Below are positions 1-12,495 of a DNA stretch of 64,000 nt, piece after piece (position 1 is the stretch's first letter; each line of letters begins with the position of its first letter). A program made the position numbers and the translations under genes. Origin of the DNA: Callorhinchus milii. Its lineage: Eukaryota. The DNA lies in the NCBI RefSeq assembly GCF_018977255.1, contig NW_024704743.1:97528001-97592000 (forward strand), in the 5' to 3' direction. The notes beneath the pieces were generated by a model. That model did not search any database, was not told where the DNA came from, and saw nothing but the letters and a program-made list of their open reading frames with translations.

Positions 1-271
1 ACTGAAATGAATGATCAACATCATTATTTTGTATCTTTAAAAGTTTTGTGAAATTCTGAGTTACCTTTAATGGTTACATTCTGTGATACACAGAGACTTG
101 CGTGGTTTTAAAGCTTGAATTCAGATGTAGTGGCACACATGTCTAGAGGTACAATAAGACAGGCACTCAGTACTGGAACAAGACTATTAAAGGAAACCTG
201 CTTTGATTGTCACATTTAAAACCATGAGTGGCTTCCTGATAATTTTCTTTCCCTGTACTGTGATCTGGGCA

Positions 272-290
272 GTCCGCCAGATGGCTACTC
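272..290 (+). promoter_or_regulatory. Candidate CTCF motif
   Basis: CCGCCAGATGGC at 274-285 fits the CTCF core; motif match only. Confidence 0.35.
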
Positions 291-437
291 AAACACCCTG
301 CCAAAGCTGCACTCAGTAAACTCTAATTGCATTCTTTCCAACAAATGTGACTGAAAAATAAGCGTGAAAAAGTTTGGTGCGATTTTCTTCCTGTTTTAAG
401 AGTGGAATTGTTTCTTGAAATGGAAAAAGATGGGCAC

Positions 438-1000
438 TCAAGCTAGGGGGAGGGGAGCTGAGGAGGGTTGGCGAGGGAAAGATGACCAAAAGCCCAGTGA
501 AACAGGTACGTTTTGAAAGAGGTCAGGGAGGGAACGAGTTGGAGGATCTCCAGGATTCAATTCCAGAGATCCGGCAGAATGGTTGAAAGCCCGCCTATCA
601 GTGGTGGGGTGGAATGGGGCGGGAGACATAGACTGTGCCGGCTCAGTGAAGAAAATGTTCAGGTCGGTAGGGTTTGAGAAGATCGCAGAGATAGGATGGT
701 GAGATTCCCTGAAGGGATTTAAAGGTGAAAAACTAGAACATTTTTCATTTTTGTGCATTCATTATAACAAGAACCTTTAAATCAATTGAACTTGATCCAT
801 GGGGAATGGGGAGCCAATTGAGCTGATGGGGGAGATAGATTTGTGGAGCCTGGTGCAGGAGATGACATTATCTGCAGAATTCTGGATAGACTGCAGCTGG
901 AGTAGAGAAGCCTGGACAAAATAAAAGTTTGGATGAGGGTCTGAACAGCCCAATAAGAAAGCTAGTGGTGGAGGCGGGCAATGTTTCAGCGGTGATGCAA
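438..1000 (-). mobile_element. Old, degraded L2 LINE 3' fragment
   Basis: Purine-rich + strand resembling younger minus-strand L2 copies (13838, 18648). Confidence 0.55.
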
Positions 1001-1799
1001 AGTTGAGTGGGTAAGAGCACAAATGTGGAATTTGAAAGATAGCTGTGAGTGAAACGTTTATATTTATCATTTACAAATATTTAATTCTCTTTTAAAAGAT
1101 AAGCAGCTTTGGCAAAGAACTGCAGCAAACCTCAAATGTTGGTGAACAAGGCTGTTGGACAAATAGATGTTAAGTCACACAGGGACTGCTGATCACTATA
1201 ATGCAGGGGTACATTTTATGGCTGGGCAAGTAGCGGGAGAATGAAGTCTTCTCTGTAAATGCCATTTAATGCTGGTTTGATGTATCATCCATTAAGTGCA
1301 TAACATAATGAAATTACATTCTCTTTTATATTTAAGGACAAGGATTCCTATTGATTAAGACATTGGCATTTTTCAGACTTCAAAGATCTTGTATTAACAG
1401 CATGAACTTCCAAACTGATTATTAAAATGCATGATTTAGCTAGAAATTTGGAAAAATAAAACAGGCTAGAGTGAGGCATTCTTATATATTTTACACAAAG
1501 TAAAGTATGAAACTCCAATTCAGGATTTATTTTTATATTTTTGTAAAGTAATGGGCAAGAAGAAAATCATCCTGTACCTTGAACCCAGTGGCTCAGTAAG
1601 GTTAGCCAGCAAGGATCTGAGTAGCACAGACTGAGAATGTCCAAGGTTCAATACCTGATGATAATGATAATAATAATTTTGCCCACAAAATATACAATCA
1701 ATTCAGTTCACAGTATATTCTGTGAGGTGCTTTGAGATGTCTCAGCGATAAGGTGCTAGGATTATCGTTATTATTAATTGTTGCTTTTGATTTAGTGAC

Positions 1800-2163
1800 T
1801 TCTGGAGACATTGGGATCATGTTTCAAACAGGATTTCCTGTGAAGTCCGGTGACTGTGATTTTGTTGGTGAACATGCAGCCAATTTGCGCATAGCAATGT
1901 CTCATAATTAGCAGAAGTGACTCCAATTTTACCTGAGGTTTTGTTTTCAAATAGTGCCATGTGATCTTTAACATCTATCTGAACAGACAAATGGTACCTT
2001 GGATAACGTCTCATCTGAAGGGCAGCCCATACAACAATGCAGGACTCCCCTGGACTGTATTGGAGTGTCACTTTAGACTGAGTTCAAAATCCTGATATAG
2101 GTCTTGAACCCACAACTATCTGACTCATAGACAAGAGTTCTATCAACTGAGCCAGGCTGATAT
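1800..2163 (-). mobile_element. Deu-domain SINE (SacSINE1-like)
   Basis: Reverse complement has head tcagcctggctcagttgatagaactcttgtctatgagtcag..gggttcaag and body gatgttaaagatcacatggcactatttg. Confidence 0.75.
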
Positions 2164-2473
2164 CTCTATGTATGATGTGCTGAGGTAACTGATCTTAATC
2201 TGGGGTGACATTGGAAGGGACTGGGCTACAATTGATCTCAGCGCCATGGATGAGGGAAGGGAAGAATCAGCCAAAGGTTCTGCTCACTATTGCTAACCAG
2301 TGAACTCTGTGTGTTTGGGGGGGGGAGAGGGGGGGACTTTGGTAAGGACAGGATTACATTTTATTTTTGCTTCCTCCACACTAATAATTTGATAACTCAA
2401 TCCACGACTGTTTGTGGAACACTACTGTGCGCAATTGGCTGCTGCGTTTTGCCCACAAAATATACAGTCAATT

Positions 2474-2798
2474 AATAATAATAATAATAATCCTTGCATT
2501 TGATATAGCGTTTTTCACGTCGGGAGGACGTCCCAAAGCGCTTCACAGAATAGACTGTAAAGTGAATTGACTGTATATTTGTGGGCGAACGCGGCAGCCA
2601 ATTGCGCACAGCAATGCCACACAAACAGTCGTAGATTGAAAATGACCAATTTATTATTGTTTTTTTTTGTTTTCTGGAGGGATTATTATTAGGCGTGTGG
2701 AGTAAGGAAACTTGCCCAAGGTTTCGCCCTGCCTGGAATTGAACTCAGGTCTCTCACTTGCAAAGCGAGTGCTCTAACCACTGAGCTACAGGACTCCA
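2474..2798 (-). mobile_element. tRNA(Ala-like)-headed SINE (family A) with L2-type tail, nested in another SINE tail
   Basis: Head tggagtcctgtagctcagtggttagagc..ttgcaa..gagttcaattcc, (ATT)n tail, flanking CAATT duplication. Confidence 0.85.
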
Positions 2799-4109
2799 CA
2801 ATTCACTTCATATACAGTCAATTCATTCATGTCTTCAAGAAGCCTCAAAGCGCTTCTGTGAAGACGTGATAAGGTGCTATATCAAATACAAGGATTATTA
2901 TCATTAAGTACAGTTGAGTAGCCTGCTGACACTCACTGTCAAAACTCACACGTGAGTAATATCCCTTTGAGCAAGGGATCCAGTGCACCTCTATTAGTAC
3001 CACAAATCAGTGAGGGAAAAAGAAGTCAAAACACTTTTGGGAAGGGAGGTAAACAATCAACAAAAAGAGAATTTCCTTGATTTTATTAGTTCTTTTGTGC
3101 TAAAGGATGAAACTATAAGGTTCACTTTCCAGCTCCTGAAGGGTTAGACACCTTCTCTATAAGGGACAAATAATGAGTAGATAAAATACAAAGGGTAATG
3201 AGACACAGTATGACCTTTCTTTCCCTAGTGGGTTTTCATGTTTTTTTCAGTTTTAATGAGGGGTTAATAACAGTACAGGAGCTGTGCAATGTCATGTCAA
3301 CCACCTTGACTCTCGCCTTCATCCAAGGTTAACCAGTGGTTGGATTGAAAATATCCTCAAAAGGAGAGAGGTATTAAATTCACTAGGGTCATCTTCATAT
3401 TTGTTAATATTTGGTCAGTTAGTTTCATGTCCATTACTCAATATAAATAAAATACAAATAAGATAGAAAAAAATACCATAAGATCAGTGGGACCAGCTGT
3501 GAGTGCACATAATGAATCCTATGCATGCAATGATGTAATGTTGAGTCTCGCTGCAGATGAAATGTATGATTTGTTGGAATGAAATCAGTCAATCACAATG
3601 GTGTTTTTTGCTGTTGGTGTTAAAAAAGTAATACAAGGTAGAAGACTAAGCCATTTCTTGCAGGCATCACTTATACAGTACAGATAGTATGTTTCATTGA
3701 CTTGTCATAGGGTTCAGTTAAGACTGGAATACATCAAAAATAGCAATCTTTTCATAATTTATTTATAAAAAAAATTGATTGCAAAATGATTATTATATTT
3801 AATGATGGATGTGCAATATATCCCAGTGATGATACGAAAGAGGTTCGGATAAAGAAGGTCTTTCAGCTCATTTGATCTCATCCCTCTCTTATCTCAATTT
3901 TCTTTCTATTGTAGTTCTTAAATAAGCCAGAATCCTGGCCCCCACTCTCTGTGTATATATATTAAAAAATACTGGGTGAAAATTGGAGCAGGTGTTGTGT
4001 TAAGTAACATCAATGGTGTGGAGCTTTCCCCGACCCTAACTCAACAACTGGTAACTTTTTTCAATGATGAGACAATTAGAAACACATCACACTTCATAAT
4101 GTTCACATT

Positions 4110-4347
4110 GAGACGTCTCAAAGCACTTCATAGGATATACTGTAAAGTGGATTGACTGTATTTTGCGGGTGAAACATGGCAACCGGTAAAACATGGCAAC
4201 CCATAAACAGTCTTGGAGTGATTGACCATTTTTGTTTTGGGGGGATTGTTGGTCAGGACACCAGAAGAAACTACCTTCTCTTTTTGAATAGTGCCATGGG
4301 ATCTTTAACATCCACCTGAACAGGCAGACTGGGCCTCGGTTTAACAT
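4110..4347 (-). mobile_element. Deu-domain SINE fragment
   Basis: Reverse complement: ttaaaccgaggcccagtctgcctgttcaggtggatgttaaagatcccatggcactattc. Confidence 0.75.
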
Positions 4348-4665
4348 TGAGAAGTATCTGAATGTCTAAGGTTTAGTATGTCATACTTTTAGGTCATGAA
4401 CAGCAAAGAAAATGTTCTTATATGCAACAAGCCTGAGCTGTTACGTTCATTTCTGGTGTTCCCAATTGCAGCCACCAGTGCTCAGTGGCACCAAGTGGGC
4501 AGAATTGAAACTGCATTGAAATACTGCTCAGTTCTTTGTCCACCAAACAAAGTTAGAAGAGTCAGAGCAGAATGAAGCAAGAGATAGTTCAAGCTATATG
4601 TCCTCAAACTTCAAAAAAAAGTTTCAAAACTGGCCTCAAATAAGCTTGGTCTCTTAATCAGTAAT

Positions 4666-4797
4666 ACTACTAATAATAATCCTTGCATTTGATATAGCGC
4701 CTTATCACGTTTTCGAGGCGTCTCAAAGCGCTTCACAGAATATACGGTACAGTGAATTGACTGTATATTTTGTGGGCGAAACGCAGCAGCCAATTGC
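4666..4797 (-). mobile_element. SINE 3' tail (5'-truncated family A copy)
   Basis: taataataatccttgcatttgatatagcgcc...gcagccaattg. Confidence 0.8.
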
Positions 4798-5110
4798 CAC
4801 AGGCCGTACAGCACCGAGTGCTGTGACAGCAGGTCCCCAGGGACGAACTGCGAGAGAATCCATTCCATCTTTTTCCAAACCGCCTTTGCCAAACAACACT
4901 CCAGGAAGAGGTAGTCCACGGTCTCCTGGCCTCTGCAGCTGTCCCGAGGGCAAAGTGCTGACTGGCCCAGACCTCAACCGGGCATGAAAGCCCTGAGGAG
5001 GAGGGGCCCTTTTTATCGCCAGCCAGGCCATGTCCTGATGGTTGTTGGTCAGCACAGGCAAATCTGGCTTCACTGGACGACAATGTAATATACCATTTTC
5101 CCATTGTCAC
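4798..5110 (-). mobile_element. Tx1/L1-clade LINE ORF2 C-terminal (zf-RVT-like) fragment, frameshifted
   Basis: Minus-strand peptides LTNNHQDMAWLAIKRA and CPRDSCRGQETVDYLFLECCLAKAVWKKM...SVLYGL. Confidence 0.75.
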
Positions 5111-6379
5111 TTTGGCAGCTTAACAGGATTTGTAATTTATTTATTCACGGCATCTTCATGTTTGTCCAACTTCTATGCCAGGGATTGTTTTTTTAACAAC
5201 ACCAACGACTTGCAGGCTAGCATTGCATTGCAGAACGCTTGATAGTGGTGGAGCACGACACTTGTCCCTTGCCAAGGAATAAAACAAGCCCTATCTCCCT
5301 CTTGCCAGGAGTAAAGGTGTCACAATGGAAGATGTGTGCATGTATTTAGTTGCTCCTTTTATTCTCCCATAGGGTGATGTGGATAAACTCAGTGGGTCAC
5401 CATGGTAATACAATGCTGGGAGTTTTGCTGCATTGTTAAAGGTGCCATCCTTCCATAAGAAATTAAAACAAGGTCCTGTTGAAATCAAGAAAGGCGCTTC
5501 TCTGGTATCCTGGTCAACAATTTCCTAGATAAAATTGGTCATTCATGGCTGTTTGCATAGTTGTGTGCAAATTGGCTGCTACTTTTGTCTACAAAATACA
5601 GTCACTATTCTTCACAGTAAATCCTGCGAAGCACATTGAGACGTCATCCTGACGTGAAAGGAGCTTTATCAAATTATATTAATATTTTCATATCGATATA
5701 CAATGGTTGCTTTAAAAGCTCACCCACACATATAGAAAAGAAACAACCAGTGTACTATATAATATCTCTATAGTTTTGTTCAGGAAACTGCATTTTCTTT
5801 GAGCTGGCAAACTTGTAATGTTTCAGTCTTCCGCTCCCTCCCTGTGTTGGTTTGATGGTGGGGGTGGGAGCTGGTTTTGAGACAAACTTTCGGGTTGTGA
5901 GGCATCAATTTGGTTCAGATAGTTATTAATAATTCAAGAAAGAATATAATTCTTCTCTTATAGATAACCAATTAGTCAAATATGCTAATTAGATTACATT
6001 TCATAAACATGGTAATTAGATCCAATTTCATATGCAAATGTCTTCAATTACCAAACAGAGCATTTTTCCAAATGCTCAAGTGTAATTATCCGCTGTTAGC
6101 TAGTTGTGGCTCATTTTCTGTTCCATGCTTAGAATTGGAAATCCCATTATAAGTGCAAAATGTAAAAAACCCTGCAGTTAGGGAACACACTTTAATCTTT
6201 GTGAAACTGGGATCATTCAAAGAAGTCACCATTGTACATTCTGGGGTCTCAAACCTTGGTTGTTTCCAATTTGCATCAAACAATCTCTGCAATTCGATAA
6301 ACAGGGTGTGTTGCTCCAGAGAGAGAGAGTGCACATTCCATTCCGGACACAGGGAAATTTGAACCCATTTAGTCTATGT

Positions 6380-6695
6380 TAACACTCCAGTGCAGTGCTG
6401 GAGGTGTGCAGCATTGTTAGAGGTGTGTCCTTCGGATGAGATGTTAAACTGTACAGAATGTTGGATCTTAAAGATCCCATGGCACAATTCGAAAAGAGAA
6501 GGGAATGTCCTAGCCAACAATCCCCCAGATAAAATTGGACATGACATTTTGTAGGATATTGGCATGTGCAAATTGGTTGCCGTGTTCACCTACAAAATAG
6601 ACAGTCTCTATACTTTACAATAAATCCTGTTCAGTGCTTTGAGACATCTGCCTGACGAGAAAGGTGCCATATCAAATGCAAGCTTTATTAATATT
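6380..6695 (+). mobile_element. Deu-domain SINE, head truncated
   Basis: acactccagtgcagtgctgg..ggatgagatgttaaac..aaagatcccatggcac..aattggttgccgtgttc..atatcaaatgcaag. Confidence 0.75.
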
Positions 6696-8035
6696 GTCAT
6701 AAGCTTCCACAAGTGGGTGGCATCCATAAGTGGAACTCTCAATCTGGTTTCAAAGTTATCGGAACTCTAACAAAGACAAGGATTATTATGGATCTTGAAC
6801 CTGTCCATCAGTGGGTCACTTCCTTCATCACTGCTAGTGCTACTCTTTCACCATCTTTACACTGGCTGCATCAAAGGATCAATATTCCAGTCATTCTTCT
6901 ATGAGTATAGCCTGTGGTGTGTAGATTAATTAAATATATTGGATGATTTCTCCCAAGAACCAAGTTTTTGATGGATTGCTTGAAGATTGATTATTATAAT
7001 GCAATCTCTCACGGAACTGTCGCAGATTACTGCACTCTGAAATATATGGCAACATTTTCTAGATATGCAGGCTATTGTAATCTATCTGTGGTGTACAGTT
7101 TAAAAGTCAAATTCTTTATATGTTTTGATCTAAAAACATGGACATTATTTTTTTATTTCCAGTATTACATTGCAGACTACGGCTCACTGTTTTGTGTGGG
7201 AAGTTTCTAAGCAGGGGGTTGTAAAAGCAAAATCAAGAGAACATTAGCACGGTATAAAACAACAGAAGGAAAGGAATGGTGGGGAGCAAATTACAAAGGC
7301 ACATTTAGTGGTTTGGTGTTTGGAATGTGTTTAACATTCCTGAGCCAATGTTAACTCAGGTCGTGAAGGTTTTCATATAGCCCAGTCATCCATTAATCTA
7401 CATTACAGGTATTTAAAACCAAACCCTACCTTTACCAGGAGTACAACAAACCTTTTCATATAGTTTTGTTATTTGAGTCTCTAATTTCCATAATGCATTC
7501 ACTTTGGGACACTGACTAATTTGCAGCTACACTCAGTCCCAGACCTGTCTCGGAAAATGTTCTGACAATGAAATCTAATTGTTCTCAGTACCGCTCTGAC
7601 TTTCTATGGGTGGTTAATTGGCACTGCAAACAACTATTCAGTTTGAAAAAGGCAGCACAAGTCGGTGCTTAAGTAGACAGCTCATCTCTGCTTCTGATGG
7701 TTAACAGAACAACTCACACTGGCAGAATGTTCTTGCTCGGATACCTGTGGCTTTCAGCTTAATTAGAAGTCTTTTCATAGAAATCTTGTTAAAAGATTCT
7801 TAAAAGTCAAAATTGTGTGTGTTTTCACACATAGGGAGAAACTATTTCCACCAGTCAGAGAGTCGGTAATACGGGGTCATAAATTTAAGACCATTACTAA
7901 AAAAAGGTTAGATTTTTTTGCACCGAGGAATATGAAGACATGTAATATCCTACCAAAGCAGTAGGTGAGCAGAATCCATTAACGTTTTCAGAGCAAGTTA
8001 GGCAGATTTTGGATAGGAAATACTGTATATTCTGT

Positions 8036-8180
8036 AGATGCATGCATGCATACATACATACATACATACATACATACATACATACATACATGCATCCATA
8101 CATACATACATACATGCATCCATCCATACATCCATACATCCATACATACATACATACATACATACATACATACATACATA
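8036..8180 (+). repeat. (CATA)n/(CATC)n tetranucleotide microsatellite
   Basis: Direct inspection. Confidence 0.97.
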
Positions 8181-9475
8181 CTGTAACTCTGGAACACTCT
8201 CCCTCAATACTTCCACTTGGCCCCCTCCTTTCCCATCTTCAGGTCACGACTGATGACCTTCCTGTTTGACCGTGCTTACCTCCCCTTCCCCCCAGCTCGG
8301 AGTTGTAATACGCCACTGTCAAGCTCTCTGGAATGCTGCTGTGCCTGAGGGGTACTATATAAATGAAAGTTCTTATTGTATATAAAAGGCGAGAGTGGTA
8401 CTAAATAGTGTTTTAGAGAAATGACACAAGCGGTTAAATAGCTTTCTTCTCTGTGTACGATTCTATTCTTCTATGAATTATATCATCGCAATACCATTCT
8501 TTACTTTATCTGTAAGATTATTGAAGAGATTAAGATCTGTTGTTTAGATTTTCCCTTTTGTAATACACCCTGACTCTCTCTCCTTTCTGGATCAAATGGA
8601 TTCTCATTAACATCTGTCAGAATTATCTCGCAATTAAATTTCTGGTTTGTTGGGTTGAAATAAAAAAAGCATTTACTGTAATTTTGCTATCTAAAAATAC
8701 AGTGAAGCTCTGGAGCAGTATTTTTTTCTTCACTTCCATCTGTACAGCAATGTAAAGTGGGAACCTGATTTCCTCTGCCTACTCAACATTGCCTCAGGCT
8801 GTTGAAACACTAGCACCTGATTTCACAGTTCTGCTAATATGCAGGAAATACCCCCTGAAGGTTGTTGGCTGAACGCTAGGCCGCTGAGAACTTTTAAAGG
8901 AATACTGTGAAGTGCAACCTAAATTGACTTGTACCTGTCTTTTTTTAAATTGGGAGAATTAAATTGTTGCTGAAACATTGTCCTCCAGGTGATCTCAGGA
9001 GCAGGATTTGCATCAAACCAATCGCAACTCATACAATTCTACAATATTACAGCATAATTTATATTTATATAGCAATTTTCACATCAGGAGGATATCCGAA
9101 ATCACATTCTGTAGATTTTGTGCCAAACCACTGCCAGGAACACACCCATTTGTCATGAGACATGCAATATGAATGAAACATTAAGTGACAGAACTGCGTT
9201 TTGAATTGTAATCATAGACTTTGCCATTTCCTTCCAATCTTCAGTTCAGTTCAGATTTGCTTTGTGAAGATCTATCTCATTATTGTTTGGGACTTGCTTT
9301 CTTATTTAAGTGGCTTTGAGTGGGAATCTCAGAGCAGCCCTTGCATTTATTGTGATGCTGTATATAACAGAAAGATATCAGCTTTAATTAGTGCACCTTT
9401 GTTTCTGCTTACTTGACATTTGACTGCTTCACTGCACAAGCTTTAAGTTTGGATATAGGAAGTATCGTATGACAT

Positions 9476-9489
9476 GTAGCTATGGCAAC
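9476..9489. promoter_or_regulatory. Candidate RFX X-box
   Basis: GTAGCTATGGCAAC versus X-box consensus GTTGCYATGGCAAC; motif match only. Confidence 0.35.
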
Positions 9490-10242
9490 CAAGGAAATGG
9501 TGCTGCAAGTTGGGTCTGTGCATGGAATACTGATGAGGGAGTTATAAATAAAGCTGACAGCTTGCCAAGTGTAAAGGAAATCCCTGGATCCACATCAGCA
9601 AATCTGGGCCTATCACAGACAGGAATTTTCCAAGCTGGAAAACAGCCATTTGTAGCACACTGCCAGGCCTGAGGTTATATCAGGTTATATATACGACTGA
9701 TGGGATTAATGAAGCACGTTTTCTTATTATGTGCCTTAGTACGGAAGATTAGGTTTTCAAATAGAGTAACTGATGATTAACCATAACAATAGCAATTTAT
9801 AGATAAACAGCACCTTGCTGGATTTAGTTAAAAATGCATGTTCAGTCTTTACTGCCTGTTCCTTATTGAATGCAATTAACTTAATGGAAAGATGAGGGTT
9901 ATTTCAGTAATAATCCTCCATTTACCTCAAATTTATGAAGCTTCATTTAAAAGACTTGGTAATAATTCATGGTCAACAGCCTTGTGCAACACTGGTCGTA
10001 TCTTATTATACGTACAAGTATCTATGGTTTCCACACAGCTCACTATTGAAAGTGCAACAGATGCTTGAATGGGTATTTTAACCTTGAATTAGTTTGAGTC
10101 TTCTAGTGCTCCTGTCTTAATTTTTTTATTTTTTTATTTGACTGGTGTAAGGCATGGTTTGCACAAGCTAATATTCATAAAGCTGTTGCTTTAATCCTAC
10201 CTGCTAGTGGTTCATTAGGGAGTGCCACCTTTCCACATTGCC

Positions 10243-10405
10243 TAATAATAATAATAATCCTTGCATTTGATACAGAACCTTATCACGTTGTTGAGATGTC
10301 TCAAAGCACTTCACAGAATATATTGTAAAGTGGATTGGATGTGTATTTTGTGGGTGAAACTTGGCAGCCAATTGCGTACAAACAGACATGGATTGAGTGA
10401 CCAAA
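10243..10405 (-). mobile_element. SINE 3' tail copy
   Basis: Same tail as 4666-4797. Confidence 0.8.
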
Positions 10406-11169
10406 TTATTATAGCTTTTTGCAGAGATTATTGCCCCCGGAAAGCGATCTGTAAAAGAAAAGCATACATGAAAGAGAAGGGAATAGAGTGTATGGGAAGG
10501 CTAATAAAGGGGGATTAGGATAGGTGGGGGCTCATGCTGAGTACAAACACTGGCATTACAAGATGGACTGAATAGCCTGTTTCAGTGCTGTAGATTCCAT
10601 GTAAGGAAATTGTTCTGCTCTATGTACTTTGTTGGCAGCAGTTTTTTTTGTAACAGTTGATAGTGAAACCTGATATACATTATGACATTTTGTGGAAACC
10701 CTTCTCTGGCCTAGTTCCTGTGGATTATGATGTATGATGCACACCCAAATACCAGGAGAATTCATTGATGTGCACTGGGTTATTTTGGTGTTCACATATT
10801 CAGAGCTATGCGCTTATCTTGAATGCTGTTCAAAGAGGAAAGCAGCTGCTCCTGAAGGTCTGTTCCTCTGTGCTCAATGGGTAGCGGTGGGTGGGTGCCA
10901 ATTGGTGCAAACATAATCCATTTCAGCAGATCACCATGAGGCTTTGCAAATCGTGTTTTATTTAAGGGGAATCCACAATGAAAACAGAATACATATGGAT
11001 TTACTTTAATCCCTGGATGAATGATTTTCAGATAGTTTTATGAAGATGGAAACTAAAATTGCTTACCATATCAAAAGCTTCCTTGTTGTTTTGACCAGAT
11101 GCTTCAATATTTTACTTGAAGGCATTAATTCACTGTCGTGTGGAGAAGCAGAACAGAACAAATCAAGTG

Positions 11170-11282
11170 CGCTGAGGAGAGGTGATGGAAGAACCTAGCA
11201 TCAAAACTACTGTTCTGAGGAGAAAGGGAGAAACAGCATCAAAATAGTGTTCTGAGGAGAGACAGAGAACACAACATAAAAG
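11170..11282 (+). repeat. Imperfect ~37-43 bp tandem repeat (about 3 units)
   Basis: ctgaggaga recurs at 11172, 11215 and 11252; agcatcaaaa..tgttctgaggaga occurs twice. Confidence 0.65.
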
Positions 11283-12199
11283 GTTACAGGCCTGGAAGAG
11301 TGATCAGAGAGGCTTCTTGCTAATTTAGAATATCCACGGGCTCTTCAGTGTGTTCTAATGCCACTTTGGAAGTGGTAAATAATTCTCGCTTTACGTCCTC
11401 TTAGGAGGCCTATGACAGTGTCACTTTGGAGCTATGGGAAAACACGGGCTCTTCCCAATCTTCCGTTATTGTTATTTATCTCATTGAACTGACAGTTTTT
11501 GAAGCTACCTTATATATTATAGACTTCTGTAAAAGGGAGTCATTGTAGTATTGTAATTTAATTCATAAATCTCGCAAATGTCACTCTCATGGTTTATGAT
11601 GTTATGTTATAAATAGCAATCTTATTACTCACTCCCAACCATCCAGATTTATACTTACATTTTGTGTGCCGCTTTGACAAAAATGATGGCCTATTGGCCA
11701 TTTTGAAAAGCACTATATTTATACACATATATATTATACAGAGTGATCCAGCACAGAAATAGGCAATTTGCCCCAACTCATCCATGCTAGTTTTTATACT
11801 GCACACAAGCCCATGCACCTTTTATTTTTCTCACCAATATTCCTTCTATTCAATTTTCCCTCATGCACATATATATGTCTATGTATATTATGCTATTCAC
11901 AAATAAAAATAATTTTGCCATTAAAAGTAGAAAGTAACAGAGTTGTATGTATTCCCCCTTCATTTCCCTCCATGCATCTAAAAACACCCTACAGTACCTT
12001 GTAACAGTGGAACTCTCTGCTTAATTCCTCCACCTTGCTCAACTTCAGATCACACCTCCCTCTTGGACCATGCCTATGGTCACTTTTCCCACTCTCCCTG
12101 ACTCGGTGTCAAAATCCACCACTGTTAAATGCCCTGAGACGTTACTCCATGTAAAAGGCACCATATAAAAGCAAGTTGCTGTTGTTTTCCAAGTAACCA

Positions 12200-12495
12200 A
12201 TCTTCATATCTTCATGTGTAAGCCCATATGATGAGTTTGGGCAGGAAATGAAACCACAGGCATCACATCCAAGCCTGATCCTTCCCTTTTTCAATCCTGC
12301 CACACATATACTGTATTTCCCAGCCCAGGGAACCGGATAGTGATCAGGACTGGGAGCACTGGTTGATATTTCTCCTTAGCCCAAGGATCCAGGGTCCAAT
12401 TGGAACACTTCTAGTGTCTCTCTGGCTGAGATTAGCAAAAGCGTAGCTAAAGATCAAATCTGCAACTTTGCTAGTACATATGGCTTATTTCCAAT
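12200..12495 (-). mobile_element. Old SINE, same family as the 1587-3025 host
   Basis: ggatagtgatcaggactgggagcactggttgat; ggctgagattagc. Confidence 0.5.

Larger units (their letters stand above)
1587..3025 (+). mobile_element. Old tRNA-like SINE split into three pieces (~1587-1658, ~2175-2355, ~2910-3025) by younger SINE insertions
   Basis: Pieces are colinear with related copies at ~12200-12495 (-) and ~33845-34090 (+); shared motifs aatcagcc..gttc, ccagtga, ggcaggatc, actcactgtc..tcaca. Confidence 0.55.

Noticed and set aside
7897..8269. ORFs with YVCM/HTYI repeats
   Set aside because: Translations of the (CATA)n microsatellite
11170..11282. CRISPR-like repeat/spacer pattern
   Set aside because: Eukaryotic intron, only ~3 degenerate units, no cas genes
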